The notes: generated from the letters alone by a model not told the origin. DNA of 52,955 bases from Candidatus Saccharimonadota bacterium (GCA_017561835.1 JAFZBJ010000014.1:1-52955), one strand, 5' to 3'. Shown: positions 1 through 12,858, counted from the stretch's first letter. Made by a program: numbers and translations.

Positions 1-11
1 AACCTGGCTAT

Positions 12-40
12 ATTATAGCATAAATTCGTTAAAAAATCAA
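12..40 (-). promoter_or_regulatory. sigma70-type promoter of the orphan-cassette class, pointing out of the window
   Basis: Minus strand reads TTGATT-17 nt-TATAAT with extended TG (ttgattttttaacgaatttatgctataat). Confidence 0.65.
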
Positions 41-46
41 TGAGAA

Positions 47-69
47 AGGCCGCTCATATAGAGCGGCCT
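47..69 (-). terminator. intrinsic terminator hairpin after the 88..645 ORF
   Basis: 9-bp inverted repeat aggccgctc / gagcggcct just past the stop codon. Confidence 0.6.
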
Positions 70-87
70 CAACGCGGGGGGGGTGAT

Positions 88-645
88 TTATGACCCGAAA
101 TCAACATCAGAGTATCTCTCGGGGTTGGGCACTATGCCTAATTCGGCGTCAATGTCTTTGATCCAGACAACATCAACGTCTGAGCTAACAATCTCGTGTA
201 TACCATTATTGCCAGTATACAAATCGGTGAGGTCTTCAACGTATAAACCGATACGATCGGTATAATTAGCGTGAAGAAGCCTATCTGTTTCGTAATCCTC
301 GGCTATAACATAGCCGAGAATCTTTCCGCCGTAAGGTTTGTCATACGCCGCAGCGTATCTAACCTTAACGTGAACTTCATACTCATCCTGGGTGTAGGAA
401 TTAAAAACATCCTCCATCCTGATTTCATCCGGATCAAGGGGAGTGCCCCAAACTTCAGGGCCATTTCCCATAGGTGTGTCGTCGGAAACGCCACCCATAA
501 ATGATCCATTAATGGTGACCGGAGCCTCATCTTGAGATGAGAGATTTTCGATTTCCTTATTTCTGGGAACGAAAGCAATCAGTGCAAAAACTCCAACAAC
601 AAGAATACTACTAAGAATAATAAAAAGATTCTTACTCATAATCAT
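88..645 (-). CDS. orphan membrane-anchored acidic exported protein
   Basis: Start moved to ATG 645 behind SD aggaggg. N-terminal TM segment LFIILSSILVVGVFALIAFV. Own promoter at 685-713. Confidence 0.7.
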   Translation of the reverse strand: MIMSKNLFIILSSILVVGVFALIAFVPRNKEIENLSSQDEAPVTINGSFMGGVSDDTPMGNGPEVWGTPLDPDEIRMEDVFNSYTQDEYEVHVKVRYAAAYDKPYGGKILGYVIAEDYETDRLLHANYTDRIGLYVEDLTDLYTGNNGIHEIVSSDVDVVWIKDIDAELGIVPNPERYSDVDFGS

Positions 646-684
646 AAAAACCCTCCTGTAAAGTTGCGCCCCTCGCATTCTTAT

Positions 685-713
685 ATTATAGCATAAATGC
701 AATAAAATTTCAA
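685..713 (-). promoter_or_regulatory. sigma70-type promoter of the orphan-cassette class
   Basis: TTGAAA-17 nt-TATAAT with TG (ttgaaattttattgcatttatgctataat). Confidence 0.65.
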
Positions 714-724
714 GAATAATCAAA

Positions 725-2855
<2,131 letters not shown>

Positions 2856-2878
2856 AGAATTATTCTAACATATTTTGC

Positions 2879-3445
2879 TTAAATTTCAAATGTTCCGCGT
2901 TCGCGTTCAATCTGTTTGCCGTAGCGATCGGCTTCCGAAAAAATACAGCCACAATATTTTTGCATATAAAGCCCGGCTTCGCGTGCTTCAGCCTGACCAT
3001 CATAAAAGCCAGGACGAAAATCACGGTACAAAAACTCAATATCAAACTCTTCGGCTAGTTTCTCGCAAACTTTCTTTAATTCTTCGTGTTTTTGATACGG
3101 CGAAACGAGGAGCGTGGTCGTAAACGCATCAAAGCCATGCTCTTTAGCATAACGCACGGTCTCGCCAATGCGAGTCGGATAACAATAATTCACGCAGCGG
3201 TTAGCAATATCGGAAGAAACGTTCTCGCAAAACTTCATCAGCCCATATTCATCTTCAAAAATCGCTTTCACCCCCACCTTGGCGGCGTATTCTTTCAAGC
3301 AATCGCGGCGCGACTTATATTCGGTATAAGGATGGATGTTTGGGTTATACCAAAAAACCGTCGGCTCGACGCCTTCAGCCCTAAGCGACTTAATACAATA
3401 AACACTACACGGCGCACAGCACGTATGCATTAAAACTTTTTTCAT
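2879..3445 (-). CDS. queH: epoxyqueuosine reductase QueH (DUF208 family)
   Basis: HTCCAPCS, YNPNIHP and QKYCGCIFSE motifs. Clustered with queA and tgt. Start set at the apparently leaderless ATG 3445. Confidence 0.92.
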   Translation of the reverse strand: MKKVLMHTCCAPCSVYCIKSLRAEGVEPTVFWYNPNIHPYTEYKSRRDCLKEYAAKVGVKAIFEDEYGLMKFCENVSSDIANRCVNYCYPTRIGETVRYAKEHGFDAFTTTLLVSPYQKHEELKKVCEKLAEEFDIEFLYRDFRPGFYDGQAEAREAGLYMQKYCGCIFSEADRYGKQIERERGTFEI

Positions 3446-3496
3446 TACGCACATTATAACCCAAAGCGTGATATAATAAAACCATTAAGGAGGCAT

Positions 3497-4594
3497 ATGG
3501 GAAAACAGATAGAAGTAGACACCCGCACGTTTATTCGTTTTTGGCTCGTTTTGCTCGGCATCGGCCTAATTATTTTGTTCCTTTATAAAGCCCTTACTGG
3601 CCTCATTATCATCGGTATTTCAATTTTCCTCGCCTTGGCATTAAAGCCTCTAGTTTCAAAACTCAACAATTTCCTTGGCAAACATTTTGGTATGGAAAAA
3701 AATCACAAAACCGCCTCGGCCGTGATCGCATACTCCATCATCGTCACAATTCTAGTCACCGTCGTCATCATTGTTGGTCCAGTTGTCGTTAATGAAACCG
3801 CCAAGTTCGTACAAAACTTACCAAACACCATTCAAGATTTCAATGGTTGGGACGGCATCAATAATTTTGGCAAGGGAATCGGCATCGATAATTTGCAAAC
3901 TCAAATATTGGAAGGCGCCACCAGCCTTTCCAAAAACATCTTCGGCAACATCGGTAACACCGTAGTTACCAGTATCAGCACCATCGCCGACATCCTCACA
4001 AAAGGTGTATTAATCTTGATTCTAACTTTGCTATTCCTACTCGAAGGACCAGGCATCATGGAGCACTTCTGGAAAAGTCTCAGCGCTCGCAAAGAAGACG
4101 CCCGTGGCGTTTCGGTTGCAAAGCACATCTTTAATCGCATGAGCAATGTGGTTTCAACCTACGTTTCGCACCAAGCCCTCGTCGCTTTAATCGACGGCTT
4201 GTCCGTAGCGCTCTTTGTATTTATCTTATCGCTCATTTTCAACTTCTCGGCTGGCCTCGCCATTCCAATGGGCTTGATGGCTGCACTATTTTATCTCATT
4301 CCAATGTTTGGCCAAATCATTAGCGTCTGTTTAGTCGTGGTAATCCTCGCGATTTCATCGCCAGTCGCCGCCATCATCTTTGCACTCGTCTACATCATCT
4401 ACGCACAAATCGAAAACAACGTCATTGCACCAAAGATTCAAGGCAGCGCCCTCAAGCTTCCAGCTGTAGTAATCCTTGGCTCAATGATTATCGGCATGTA
4501 CATGTTCGGGCTCCTTGGCGCCATCATCGCCATTCCAATCGCCGGCTGTATCCGCGTCCTCATCGAAGAATATCCTAAAATTAAGTCCGCCTAA
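3497..4594 (+). CDS. AI-2E family transporter
   Basis: Multi-TM protein with IP.FG, QIENNVIAPKIQG and GLLGAIIAIP motifs. SD aaggagg. Confidence 0.88.
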   Translation: MGKQIEVDTRTFIRFWLVLLGIGLIILFLYKALTGLIIIGISIFLALALKPLVSKLNNFLGKHFGMEKNHKTASAVIAYSIIVTILVTVVIIVGPVVVNETAKFVQNLPNTIQDFNGWDGINNFGKGIGIDNLQTQILEGATSLSKNIFGNIGNTVVTSISTIADILTKGVLILILTLLFLLEGPGIMEHFWKSLSARKEDARGVSVAKHIFNRMSNVVSTYVSHQALVALIDGLSVALFVFILSLIFNFSAGLAIPMGLMAALFYLIPMFGQIISVCLVVVILAISSPVAAIIFALVYIIYAQIENNVIAPKIQGSALKLPAVVILGSMIIGMYMFGLLGAIIAIPIAGCIRVLIEEYPKIKSA

Positions 4595-4600
4595 AATCCT

Positions 4601-5719
4601 ATGAAATCAAAGTCCAAAAAATCATTCAAAAAGTATTTACTTACCATCGCCTTCATTTTGCTAAATGTGGCAGTCATTGCCATCACCGGTTTTAACGAAT
4701 TTGGCAACAGCGAAAACGCCGCCAAGTTTTCTGAAATCGAAATCAAATGGTGGCTACTTTTGCCAGCTCTCGGCTTCTTCATTGTGGCAACTATAATTGA
4801 AATTTCAAAATACGTAATGCTAATGCGCAAAACCTGCAATCTCGAAAAGAAAGATTTGCGCAAGGCTCGCCGCACCGCGCGCCGCACGGTGCTGATTGGT
4901 CGTTATTACGATAACATCACACCAGCCGCAATTGGCGGTCAGCCATTCCAGATTTATTACATGAATAAATCTGGCCTTCCAAAAGGCTTTTCTACTACCA
5001 TTCCAATTATCGGCATGATCTCCGGCCAAATCGGCTTCCTAATTATCGCCATCATTTCATTCCTATTTGGCAGTCTTTCAATTAATAATGCCGCACTTGT
5101 AGCTACCGCCTGTTTTGGTTTAATCTTTTACGCCTTCTGGCCAGTCACCGTAATAGTAGCAACCTTTTTACCAAAAGCCACTGCCGAAATCATTAATCTC
5201 GGCGTTAAATTCCTCGCCAAGGTTCACATCATTAAGGACCGCAATGCCGCAATCAAAAAAGCCGAAGACGGCGTCAATGAATACGCACGCTGCGTAAAAG
5301 CCATTCTCAAAACCCGCGGCCTATTCTTAAAAGCAATTTTGATGGGCGTCGTTTATCACATTCTAATTTCATCAATTCCATTCTTTGTAATTACGGCATT
5401 TGGCGGTAACGTTGATTTCTTGCCATGCTTCGTCACCACGGTCGCCGTCACTTCCGCCGTCTATTTTATCCCAACTCCAGGCAACGCCGGCGCCGCCGAA
5501 GGCACCTTCTACTTGGTGTTCTCGGCTCTCGCTTCCGGCTACATTTTCTGGGCCATGCTTACTTGGCGCTTCTTCTCGTATTACGTTTACATTTTAATGG
5601 GCGCCGTCACCTACTTCTTCATCCATCTCGAAAACCGCGGCAAAGTCACCGAAGATTCTTGGTGGAAAAAATTTAGAACCTTCTTTTATTATCTATTTCA
5701 TCCGTCAGAGCAAAAATAA
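4601..5719 (+). CDS. lysylphosphatidylglycerol synthase TM-domain / flippase-like (YbhN, UPF0104) protein
   Basis: NITPAAIGGQPFQ, IPTPGNAGAAE and WRFFSYY motifs in a multi-TM protein. Confidence 0.85.
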   Translation: MKSKSKKSFKKYLLTIAFILLNVAVIAITGFNEFGNSENAAKFSEIEIKWWLLLPALGFFIVATIIEISKYVMLMRKTCNLEKKDLRKARRTARRTVLIGRYYDNITPAAIGGQPFQIYYMNKSGLPKGFSTTIPIIGMISGQIGFLIIAIISFLFGSLSINNAALVATACFGLIFYAFWPVTVIVATFLPKATAEIINLGVKFLAKVHIIKDRNAAIKKAEDGVNEYARCVKAILKTRGLFLKAILMGVVYHILISSIPFFVITAFGGNVDFLPCFVTTVAVTSAVYFIPTPGNAGAAEGTFYLVFSALASGYIFWAMLTWRFFSYYVYILMGAVTYFFIHLENRGKVTEDSWWKKFRTFFYYLFHPSEQK

Positions 5720-7474
5720 ATGTTTAAATTATTAATAAAATACATCAAGCCATATTGGTGGCAAGCCATCCTGCTTGTAGTCGCCGTCACGGCGCAAGTT
5801 TATTGTACGCTATCGTTACCAGCATTCATGGCCAGCATCATCAACGAAGGAATCGTAGCAGGAAATCACGATGCAATTTGGTGCTCCGGAATTTTCATGT
5901 TGCTACTCGCCGCCGCCTCAGCCGTAGGCGCATTAGTCTCAAGTTATCTTGCTACCTACATTGGCGCCAATTTCAGCAAAGACATGCGCCGCGATGTTTT
6001 CATGAAAGTTTTAAACTTTAACTTATCCGATTCTGACAAATTTAGCGTAGCTTCACTCATCACTCGCACCACCAACGACATTAATCAAGTGCAGCAAACC
6101 GCCATTATGATTTTGAATATGATGCTAAGGGCTCCGCTCTTTTGTGTTACCTCACTCGTGCGTGCTTTCCAAACCGCGCCAGAAATGAGCTGGATTATAG
6201 CGGTCGCCGTGGCCGGCACGCTCGGAACGATTATTCTAATCATGTCGCTCGTGATTCCAAAATTTAAAATCTTTCAAAAGTTACTTGATAAAATCACTTT
6301 GATCACGCGCGAAAATCTAACCGGTCTTCGCGTAATTCGCGCCTTCAATAACGAGAAGATCGAAAAAGAAAAATTCGAGAAAACCAACCAAGAACTCACA
6401 AAGACTATCATCTTTGTCGATCGCATTATCGAATTACAAAATCCACTTATTAATATTATTTTCAACGGCACAGCATTGCTATGTATTGCAGTTGGCGCAT
6501 CCTTACTCACTAAAGACATTGCATACCTTGGCAACATGACGGCATTTTCAGAATACGTCACGCAATTTATGATTTCTATTTTGATGCTTTCGATTCTGTT
6601 TATCATGCTGCCACGTGCCAGCGTTTCTGCACATCGTATTAATGACGTCTTAAAAAATCCAAATCATTTCAATTGGAAAAAATCTACCGTTGGCGTGCCA
6701 AGTGTTGCGCCGTCCGTAGAATTTAAAGACGTTACATTTAGCTATAACGGCGCATCCGATGCGGTATTATCAAATATTTCATTCACAGCCGAAGCAGGAA
6801 AGACCACAGCATTCATTGGTTCCACGGGTTCCGGCAAATCCACACTTATAAATCTCATTCCACGTTTTTATGAAGCATCGACTGGCGAGATTTTAGTTAA
6901 CGGAATCAACGTTAAAGATTTTGAAAAAGACGATTTGATGAAACGCATTGGCTTTGTACCACAACGCGGCGCTTTGTTTTCTGGCACTGTCAAAAGTAAT
7001 ATTGCTTTTGGTGCACCAAACGCCACCATGAAAGAAATCGAAAAGGCCGCCGAAGTCTCTGAAAGCGCAGAATTTATTAAAAAATTTGCCGACGGCTATA
7101 ACCACCACATTGCCGAAGGTGGCACCAATGTTTCAGGCGGTCAAAAACAACGTCTTTCAATCGCACGTGCAATTTGTAAGAACCAAGAAATTTATATTTT
7201 CGACGATTCGTTCTCGGCCCTCGATATGAAGACCGACAAAAAACTACGCGCCGGATTAAAATCAATTACCAAAAATTCCGTAGTGTTAATTGTAGCGCAA
7301 CGCATCAATACAATCAAAGACGCCGACCAAATCGTAGTGCTAGACCAAGGTAAGATTGTTGGTACTGGCACTCATTTAGAACTTCTAAAAAACTGCAAGG
7401 TTTATAACGAAATTGTAAAATCACAATATTCCGACGCCGAATATGCCGCCGAACTAAAGGAGGCCAATGCGTAA
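5720..7474 (+). CDS. ABC exporter permease/ATPase, degenerate-site half of a heterodimer
   Basis: TMD plus NBD. Walker A GSTGSGKST, signature VSGGQKQR, Walker B IYIFDD (Asp for catalytic Glu), switch AQR (Gln for His). Confidence 0.93.
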   Translation: MFKLLIKYIKPYWWQAILLVVAVTAQVYCTLSLPAFMASIINEGIVAGNHDAIWCSGIFMLLLAAASAVGALVSSYLATYIGANFSKDMRRDVFMKVLNFNLSDSDKFSVASLITRTTNDINQVQQTAIMILNMMLRAPLFCVTSLVRAFQTAPEMSWIIAVAVAGTLGTIILIMSLVIPKFKIFQKLLDKITLITRENLTGLRVIRAFNNEKIEKEKFEKTNQELTKTIIFVDRIIELQNPLINIIFNGTALLCIAVGASLLTKDIAYLGNMTAFSEYVTQFMISILMLSILFIMLPRASVSAHRINDVLKNPNHFNWKKSTVGVPSVAPSVEFKDVTFSYNGASDAVLSNISFTAEAGKTTAFIGSTGSGKSTLINLIPRFYEASTGEILVNGINVKDFEKDDLMKRIGFVPQRGALFSGTVKSNIAFGAPNATMKEIEKAAEVSESAEFIKKFADGYNHHIAEGGTNVSGGQKQRLSIARAICKNQEIYIFDDSFSALDMKTDKKLRAGLKSITKNSVVLIVAQRINTIKDADQIVVLDQGKIVGTGTHLELLKNCKVYNEIVKSQYSDAEYAAELKEANA

Positions 7475-9212
7475 AAAAGGTGTCGCGAAACTATTCCTGA
7501 ATTCCATCAAGCCATTTGGTTTTTGGATTATCTTTGCTATCATACTCGCTATCGGCTCAGCCGTGCTTGGATTATTTACACCAAAAATTCTTGGCGAAAT
7601 GACAGACATTGCCAAAGATTCGTTCGCCACCGGCCTAGACTGGGATGCCCTCGGCATGAAGATTACTATCATCATTATCTTATTTACGTCATCTTCAATT
7701 TTAAATTATTTTCAAGCCTACATCCTTGGCGTAGTTACCGCAAAATACACCAAGAGTCTGCGCAAACAAATTCTCGAAAAAATTACGCGTCTACCAATTT
7801 CATATTTTGATAATCATCAATTCGGCGACACGCTTTCATGCATGACTAACGATATTGATATTATCGCCACGTCAATGTCACAAGAAATTGCTGACGTGTC
7901 ACTAAGCCTTACCACATTAATTGGCGTCATGGTCATCATGCTCACAATTTCAATTCCACTTTCAATTGTCACATTTATCGTGGTGCCACTTTCAGTTTTT
8001 GTAGTGGCAAGAATCGCCAAGTTCGCACAAAAGTATTTCAAAAAGCAACAAGCAACCCTCGCCGTATTAAATAGCAAAATCGAAGAAAGTTATAGCAACC
8101 AAGTAATTATCAAATCCAACTCATACGAAAAAACCGCACTCGCCGATTTTGACAAAACTAACAAAGAACTCGCTACCACTTCACGCAAAGCTCAGTTCTT
8201 CGCATCACTCGCATTTCCAGTCACTCACATTTTCACCAACCTAGGTTATGTTGCAGTTTGTATTCTTGGTGGTTATTTAGTTATCGAACGCCGCATTAGC
8301 CTTGGTAATTTGCAAGCCTTCATTGGTTATGTCTCACGCTTCAATCGCCCAATCACGGAAGTTGCGTCCACAACTTCAACCATCCAATCATTGCTTGCAG
8401 CATCCGAACGTATTTTCAATTTCCTAAATGCCGACGAAGAAGAACCAGATCCAGAAAACAATAGGACGATTGAAAAAGTAAAAGGCGCCGTAGTATTTGA
8501 CCACGTTAAATTTAGCTACGACAAAAAGCATACTGTGATTAAAGATTTTTCTGCCAACATTTTGCCAGGCCAAAAAGTTGCAATCGTGGGCCCAACCGGT
8601 GCAGGGAAAACCACAATCATCAATTTATTGATGCGTTTTTATGAACCGGATTCTGGTTCCATCACAATCGATGACGTGCCAATTAATGAAATGACCCGCG
8701 CGGATGTACGCACAATGTTTGGCATGGTCTTGCAGGACACGTGGCTATTCTCCGGCTCAATCGAAGACAACTTACGCTATGGCAACCAACAAGCGTCATT
8801 GAACGAAATCGAAGAAGCCGCCAGAATCAGCAATATTCACCACACAATCAAAGCGTTGCCAAAAGGCTACGAGTCGGTCATTTCCGAAAATTCAGACAAC
8901 ATTTCGGCCGGCGAAAAACAATTGCTCACTATTGCTCGCGCCATTGTGGCAAATCCATCAATGATCATCTTGGACGAAGCCACATCAAACGTTGACACGC
9001 GCACCGAACAACTGATTCAGGCCGCATTCGACAAAATCACAAAAGGCCGCACGTCGTTCATTATTGCACATCGTCTTTCGACTATCCGCAACGCCGACCT
9101 CATTCTCGTCATGAAAGACGGCGACATCGTGGAGCAGGGCACACACGATACTTTGCTCAAGAAAAAAGGTTTTTACGCCGAGCTATATAATTCACAGTTC
9201 ACCGAGGAATAG
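7467..9212 (+). CDS. ABC exporter permease/ATPase, partner half
   Basis: GPTGAGKTT, ISAGEKQ, ILDEATS, AHRLST. Overlaps the upstream gene by 8 nt. Confidence 0.93.
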   Translation: MRKKGVAKLFLNSIKPFGFWIIFAIILAIGSAVLGLFTPKILGEMTDIAKDSFATGLDWDALGMKITIIIILFTSSSILNYFQAYILGVVTAKYTKSLRKQILEKITRLPISYFDNHQFGDTLSCMTNDIDIIATSMSQEIADVSLSLTTLIGVMVIMLTISIPLSIVTFIVVPLSVFVVARIAKFAQKYFKKQQATLAVLNSKIEESYSNQVIIKSNSYEKTALADFDKTNKELATTSRKAQFFASLAFPVTHIFTNLGYVAVCILGGYLVIERRISLGNLQAFIGYVSRFNRPITEVASTTSTIQSLLAASERIFNFLNADEEEPDPENNRTIEKVKGAVVFDHVKFSYDKKHTVIKDFSANILPGQKVAIVGPTGAGKTTIINLLMRFYEPDSGSITIDDVPINEMTRADVRTMFGMVLQDTWLFSGSIEDNLRYGNQQASLNEIEEAARISNIHHTIKALPKGYESVISENSDNISAGEKQLLTIARAIVANPSMIILDEATSNVDTRTEQLIQAAFDKITKGRTSFIIAHRLSTIRNADLILVMKDGDIVEQGTHDTLLKKKGFYAELYNSQFTEE

Positions 9213-9238
9213 TGGTAAAATAAAGAAAAGGAGGTTTC

Positions 9239-9874
9239 ATGCATATCGTAATTGAAGGACAAGATGCCACCGGCAAAGATACCCAAGCTAAGAAACTAGC
9301 CGAGTACTTGCGTGCGCAAGGCAAAACCGTCGTCCACTATGCAGAATCCGGCACTGGTTCCACCAATCCATTCATTACCGAAATCGCACGCCTAAATTAT
9401 GGTTCAGACCAAGGCATCGATCATCGCACCCGCGTGATGCTTTATCTCATTAATCGCTACGAGCAGTGGCGAACGCTCGCTGAACCTGCTTTAAAGAATG
9501 GCGACACTGTAATTACAACTCGTAACTGGTTTTCGACTTTGATTTATGAAGGTTATGGCGCCGGCGTCAGCAAGCCACTAATTATCAAGTTGCACAAACT
9601 CGTCATGCCGGAACCATACTTCCGTCCAGACAAAATTGTTTTCTTTACATTGTCAGACGAAGCCCGCAACAAACGTATCGGCACTCAAACTGCCGAAGCC
9701 AATACTAAGTGGACAAGAAAAGACGAAATCTGGAAATCCAAAGGCGATCCATTCCAACACAAACTAAATCGCGGCTATTTAGATGTCGCCAAAAAGTTTG
9801 ACGTACCAACACTTGATGCTTCCGGCACGATTGATGAAGTTTTTGAAGATCTCAAAAAACTATTTAATTTATAA
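9239..9874 (+). CDS. tmk: thymidylate kinase
   Basis: N-terminal P-loop IVIEGQDATGKDTQ and TR..FSTLIYEG motif. Next to ung and dCMP deaminase. Confidence 0.85.
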   Translation: MHIVIEGQDATGKDTQAKKLAEYLRAQGKTVVHYAESGTGSTNPFITEIARLNYGSDQGIDHRTRVMLYLINRYEQWRTLAEPALKNGDTVITTRNWFSTLIYEGYGAGVSKPLIIKLHKLVMPEPYFRPDKIVFFTLSDEARNKRIGTQTAEANTKWTRKDEIWKSKGDPFQHKLNRGYLDVAKKFDVPTLDASGTIDEVFEDLKKLFNL

Positions 9875-9876
9875 TT

Positions 9877-10524
9877 ATGCACGAATCCTGGAAACCATTT
9901 TTAAAAGCCGAATTCGAAAAACCATATTTCAAAGACTTGGCAAAGTTTTTGCATGCGGCCTACGAAACCAAAAAGATTTTTCCAACTAAGGCGGCGGTAT
10001 TCAAAGCGTTTGAAACCGACCTTAACAACATAAAAGTTGTAATCCTTGGCCAAGATCCATATCACACACCGGGCGCTGCTATGGGCCTGGCTTTTTCGGT
10101 ACCAAAAAGCGAACCAATTCCACCGTCACTAATTAATATTTATAAAGAAATTGATAATGAGTTTGGTAACCACGTTAATAAAACCGGTGACCTCACGAAT
10201 TGGCAGCAGCAAGGCGTGCTGCTTTTAAACAATGTATTAACAGTCGAAGCCCACAAAGCCGGTAGCCACCGCGGCAAAGGCTGGGAAACTTTTACCACCG
10301 AAACAATTAAATATTTAAATGAGACTCGCCCACATTTAGTATTTATATTGTGGGGCCGCGACGCACGCGCCAAAAAGAGTCTGATCGACACGTCGCGCCA
10401 TCTAGTTCTGGAATCACCACACCCATCACCACTTTCCGCTCACTCCGGATTCTTTGGTAACGGACACTTCAAAAAGACGAATGATTTTCTCATCAAAAAC
10501 AATGAAGAGCCAATTAGTTGGTAA
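9877..10524 (+). CDS. ung: uracil-DNA glycosylase (family 1)
   Basis: GQDPYH, PPSL.NI, GVLLLN and HPSPLS motifs. Confidence 0.97.
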   Translation: MHESWKPFLKAEFEKPYFKDLAKFLHAAYETKKIFPTKAAVFKAFETDLNNIKVVILGQDPYHTPGAAMGLAFSVPKSEPIPPSLINIYKEIDNEFGNHVNKTGDLTNWQQQGVLLLNNVLTVEAHKAGSHRGKGWETFTTETIKYLNETRPHLVFILWGRDARAKKSLIDTSRHLVLESPHPSPLSAHSGFFGNGHFKKTNDFLIKNNEEPISW

Positions 10525-11076
10525 TTATTTAACCCACTTAATTAATTGTTTGTAAGCGTCAGAATCTTTTTCGTAAGAATCAAGAATATCTTGTATATAA
10601 GTTTTACCATTGGTAATATTTAAAGTTTCAACTTCTGGCATGGCAGTCAACATTCTAATCACGGCTTCGTCGGTTTCGAGATTAGTCATCGACTTTGAAG
10701 GATCGGAGCTATAAGAATGCACGCGTAGTTGGCGATAAACAAAACGTTTGATGCCGGCCTGCAAACAATACTTCAGACAGTTGTCACAAGTTGCAACGCG
10801 GTTATAAACTGTGCAGCCAGTTAAATCTTGTTTTGCAAAAAGCACCGCGTTCATTTCGGAATGCGTAGCAAAATGATATTTCATTGGACGCTCAGTCAAA
10901 GTAAGTTTAGACTCGTCTGCACCTTGCACTAAGCCATTATAGCCAAATGAAATTGGGCGTCTTTTAGCATCCACAATTACGCAGCCCATTTTAGAAGAAG
11001 GGTCTTTAGATTTAAGCGCAACCGCTTCGGCAATATTCAGGAAATATTCATCCCATTCTTGTTGTTTTTTATTCAC
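10525..11076 (-). CDS. dCMP deaminase (ComEB-like)
   Basis: WDEYF, SKDPSSKMG, GYNG, HSEMNA and TCDNC Zn motifs. Start set at GTG 11076 after SD ggagg. Confidence 0.88.
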   Translation of the reverse strand: MNKKQQEWDEYFLNIAEAVALKSKDPSSKMGCVIVDAKRRPISFGYNGLVQGADESKLTLTERPMKYHFATHSEMNAVLFAKQDLTGCTVYNRVATCDNCLKYCLQAGIKRFVYRQLRVHSYSSDPSKSMTNLETDEAVIRMLTAMPEVETLNITNGKTYIQDILDSYEKDSDAYKQLIKWVK

Positions 11077-11168
11077 GATTCCTCCATTCACCCCAATTAT
11101 AACACGGGGGGGTTGTATTTTTCTAGAAGTTAGCCTTAAATTTAGAAAAATATTAAAGGAGGTATTAA

Positions 11169-12851
11169 ATGACCAGATTTTTTTATGCCATTTTGATCGC
11201 GTCACTCATTGTCGTCGGAATACCAACTAATAGTCGCCACGTTAACGCGAGCGACTGTAAAGACTTAAAAATTATCTTTGCTCGTGGCTCTGGCGAAGAA
11301 CAAAACACAAACAAAAGCTACCAAGCATTCAAAACGAGTCTAGAAGAAAAACTTAAAACAACTGCACTTAGTTACGATTTTGTCGATCTAGAATACCCAG
11401 CCATTGCAGTCACGGAAGACCTTTTCGTGGCACTTGGTGCCATTTTTGGCGGTGGTAGTTCTTATGCGTTTGGCGACAGCGTTAATATGGGCATTAATAA
11501 TTTAGTGTCACAGATTAATACTTCGTGCGAAAAAACAAAATTTGTCTTGGCCGGCTATTCACAAGGTGCAATCGTAGTTATTAATTCATTAAATAAACTC
11601 AGCTCCGGCAAATTAATCTATGCCGCAACATTTGGCGATCCGAAACTATATTTGCCCGAAGGCGCCGGACTATTTCCGGCAGCCTGCCGTAACCAAAATC
11701 TTTCAAACTATCGCATTTACGTACCAGACTGTTTTGCGTATAGTGGTTTACTCGGCGGCACCAATCCATACCAAACCGAAAGTTATATAGATAAGCTCGG
11801 CACTTGGTGCAACAAAATGGACATTATGTGCAGTAGCCATTTTAGTATCAGCAATCATGTTTCATATGTAGAGGACAATTTATATGAAGATGCTGCGCGT
11901 ATCATTTTTTCAAAAGTTGCTAAGTTTTTTGATATTAAATCAAACATCGCTTCACCACACGACACGGCGATTTTGCTAGACACGACCGGTTCAATGGGGC
12001 CAATGATTCTAAAATACAAAGATGAGACCGTGCGACTCGCGACCGAAACATTAAATGCGGGTGGGCGCGTCGCATTGTTTGAATATCGTGATTTAGACGA
12101 TCCGTTTAAGCTGGTCGAACATTGCAACTACGAAAGCTGCACGTTAGAAAAATTTATTAAAGCTATTGATAACATCGAAGTTACCGGCGGTGGCGACGAG
12201 CCAGAATCATTACTTTCAGCCTCGCTCCATGTTATGCGAAATTTAAACTGGCAACGTGGCGCTACGAAATCGCTCGTCGTTTTAACCGACGCCGGTTTTC
12301 TTTCACCCGATCGCGACGGCACTACATATCGGCAAGTTGTTGAAATGAGTCGCAAAATCGACCCAGTGAATTTTTACATCATCACCGAGGATTATAATGA
12401 AGAAAAATATCTCGCACTCGCCGAAGATACCGATGGTAAAGTCGTAACGAATTTTGACGAACTAAGTTTGCTCACGGATTACATCATTGAGCGCGCGGAC
12501 AGTTTGCCAAAAGTCGAAGTAGTAGAAACCGAATTCATAAAACCAACATTGGAGGTTCATAATGTTACGCGCATCGCAGATGGTTCATTCAAAATAAATC
12601 TTTTATCAAGCACCGGCAAAACTTTGGTAATTTTGAATGACGCCGTGCTGGGCGTAACCGCAGAAAACGAATTTACAATTACAGACATCGACACATCACG
12701 AACTAATACGTTAAGCTTGGTGCCAATCTCGGATTCAGGACGTGGCGACGCAGTTATAATCACATTAGATCAGCCACTTAACGAGCCAGAACCGGAGCTC
12801 CCAATATTAAAGGCACCAAATACTGGATTTAAATCCGAAATTATGCTATAA
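11169..12851 (+). CDS. secreted cutinase-family serine hydrolase fused to a vWA domain
   Basis: Signal peptide. Cutinase motifs C..L.IIFARGSGE, GYSQG, FGDP, C..DIMC..H. vWA MIDAS DTTGSM and LTDA. C-terminal APNTG. Confidence 0.85.
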   Translation: MTRFFYAILIASLIVVGIPTNSRHVNASDCKDLKIIFARGSGEEQNTNKSYQAFKTSLEEKLKTTALSYDFVDLEYPAIAVTEDLFVALGAIFGGGSSYAFGDSVNMGINNLVSQINTSCEKTKFVLAGYSQGAIVVINSLNKLSSGKLIYAATFGDPKLYLPEGAGLFPAACRNQNLSNYRIYVPDCFAYSGLLGGTNPYQTESYIDKLGTWCNKMDIMCSSHFSISNHVSYVEDNLYEDAARIIFSKVAKFFDIKSNIASPHDTAILLDTTGSMGPMILKYKDETVRLATETLNAGGRVALFEYRDLDDPFKLVEHCNYESCTLEKFIKAIDNIEVTGGGDEPESLLSASLHVMRNLNWQRGATKSLVVLTDAGFLSPDRDGTTYRQVVEMSRKIDPVNFYIITEDYNEEKYLALAEDTDGKVVTNFDELSLLTDYIIERADSLPKVEVVETEFIKPTLEVHNVTRIADGSFKINLLSSTGKTLVILNDAVLGVTAENEFTITDIDTSRTNTLSLVPISDSGRGDAVIITLDQPLNEPEPELPILKAPNTGFKSEIML

Positions 12852-12858
12852 TAGTCGA

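Noticed and set aside
5720-7474. Degenerate Walker B and switch motifs as a sign of pseudogenisation
   Set aside because: This is normal for one half of heterodimeric ABC exporters.
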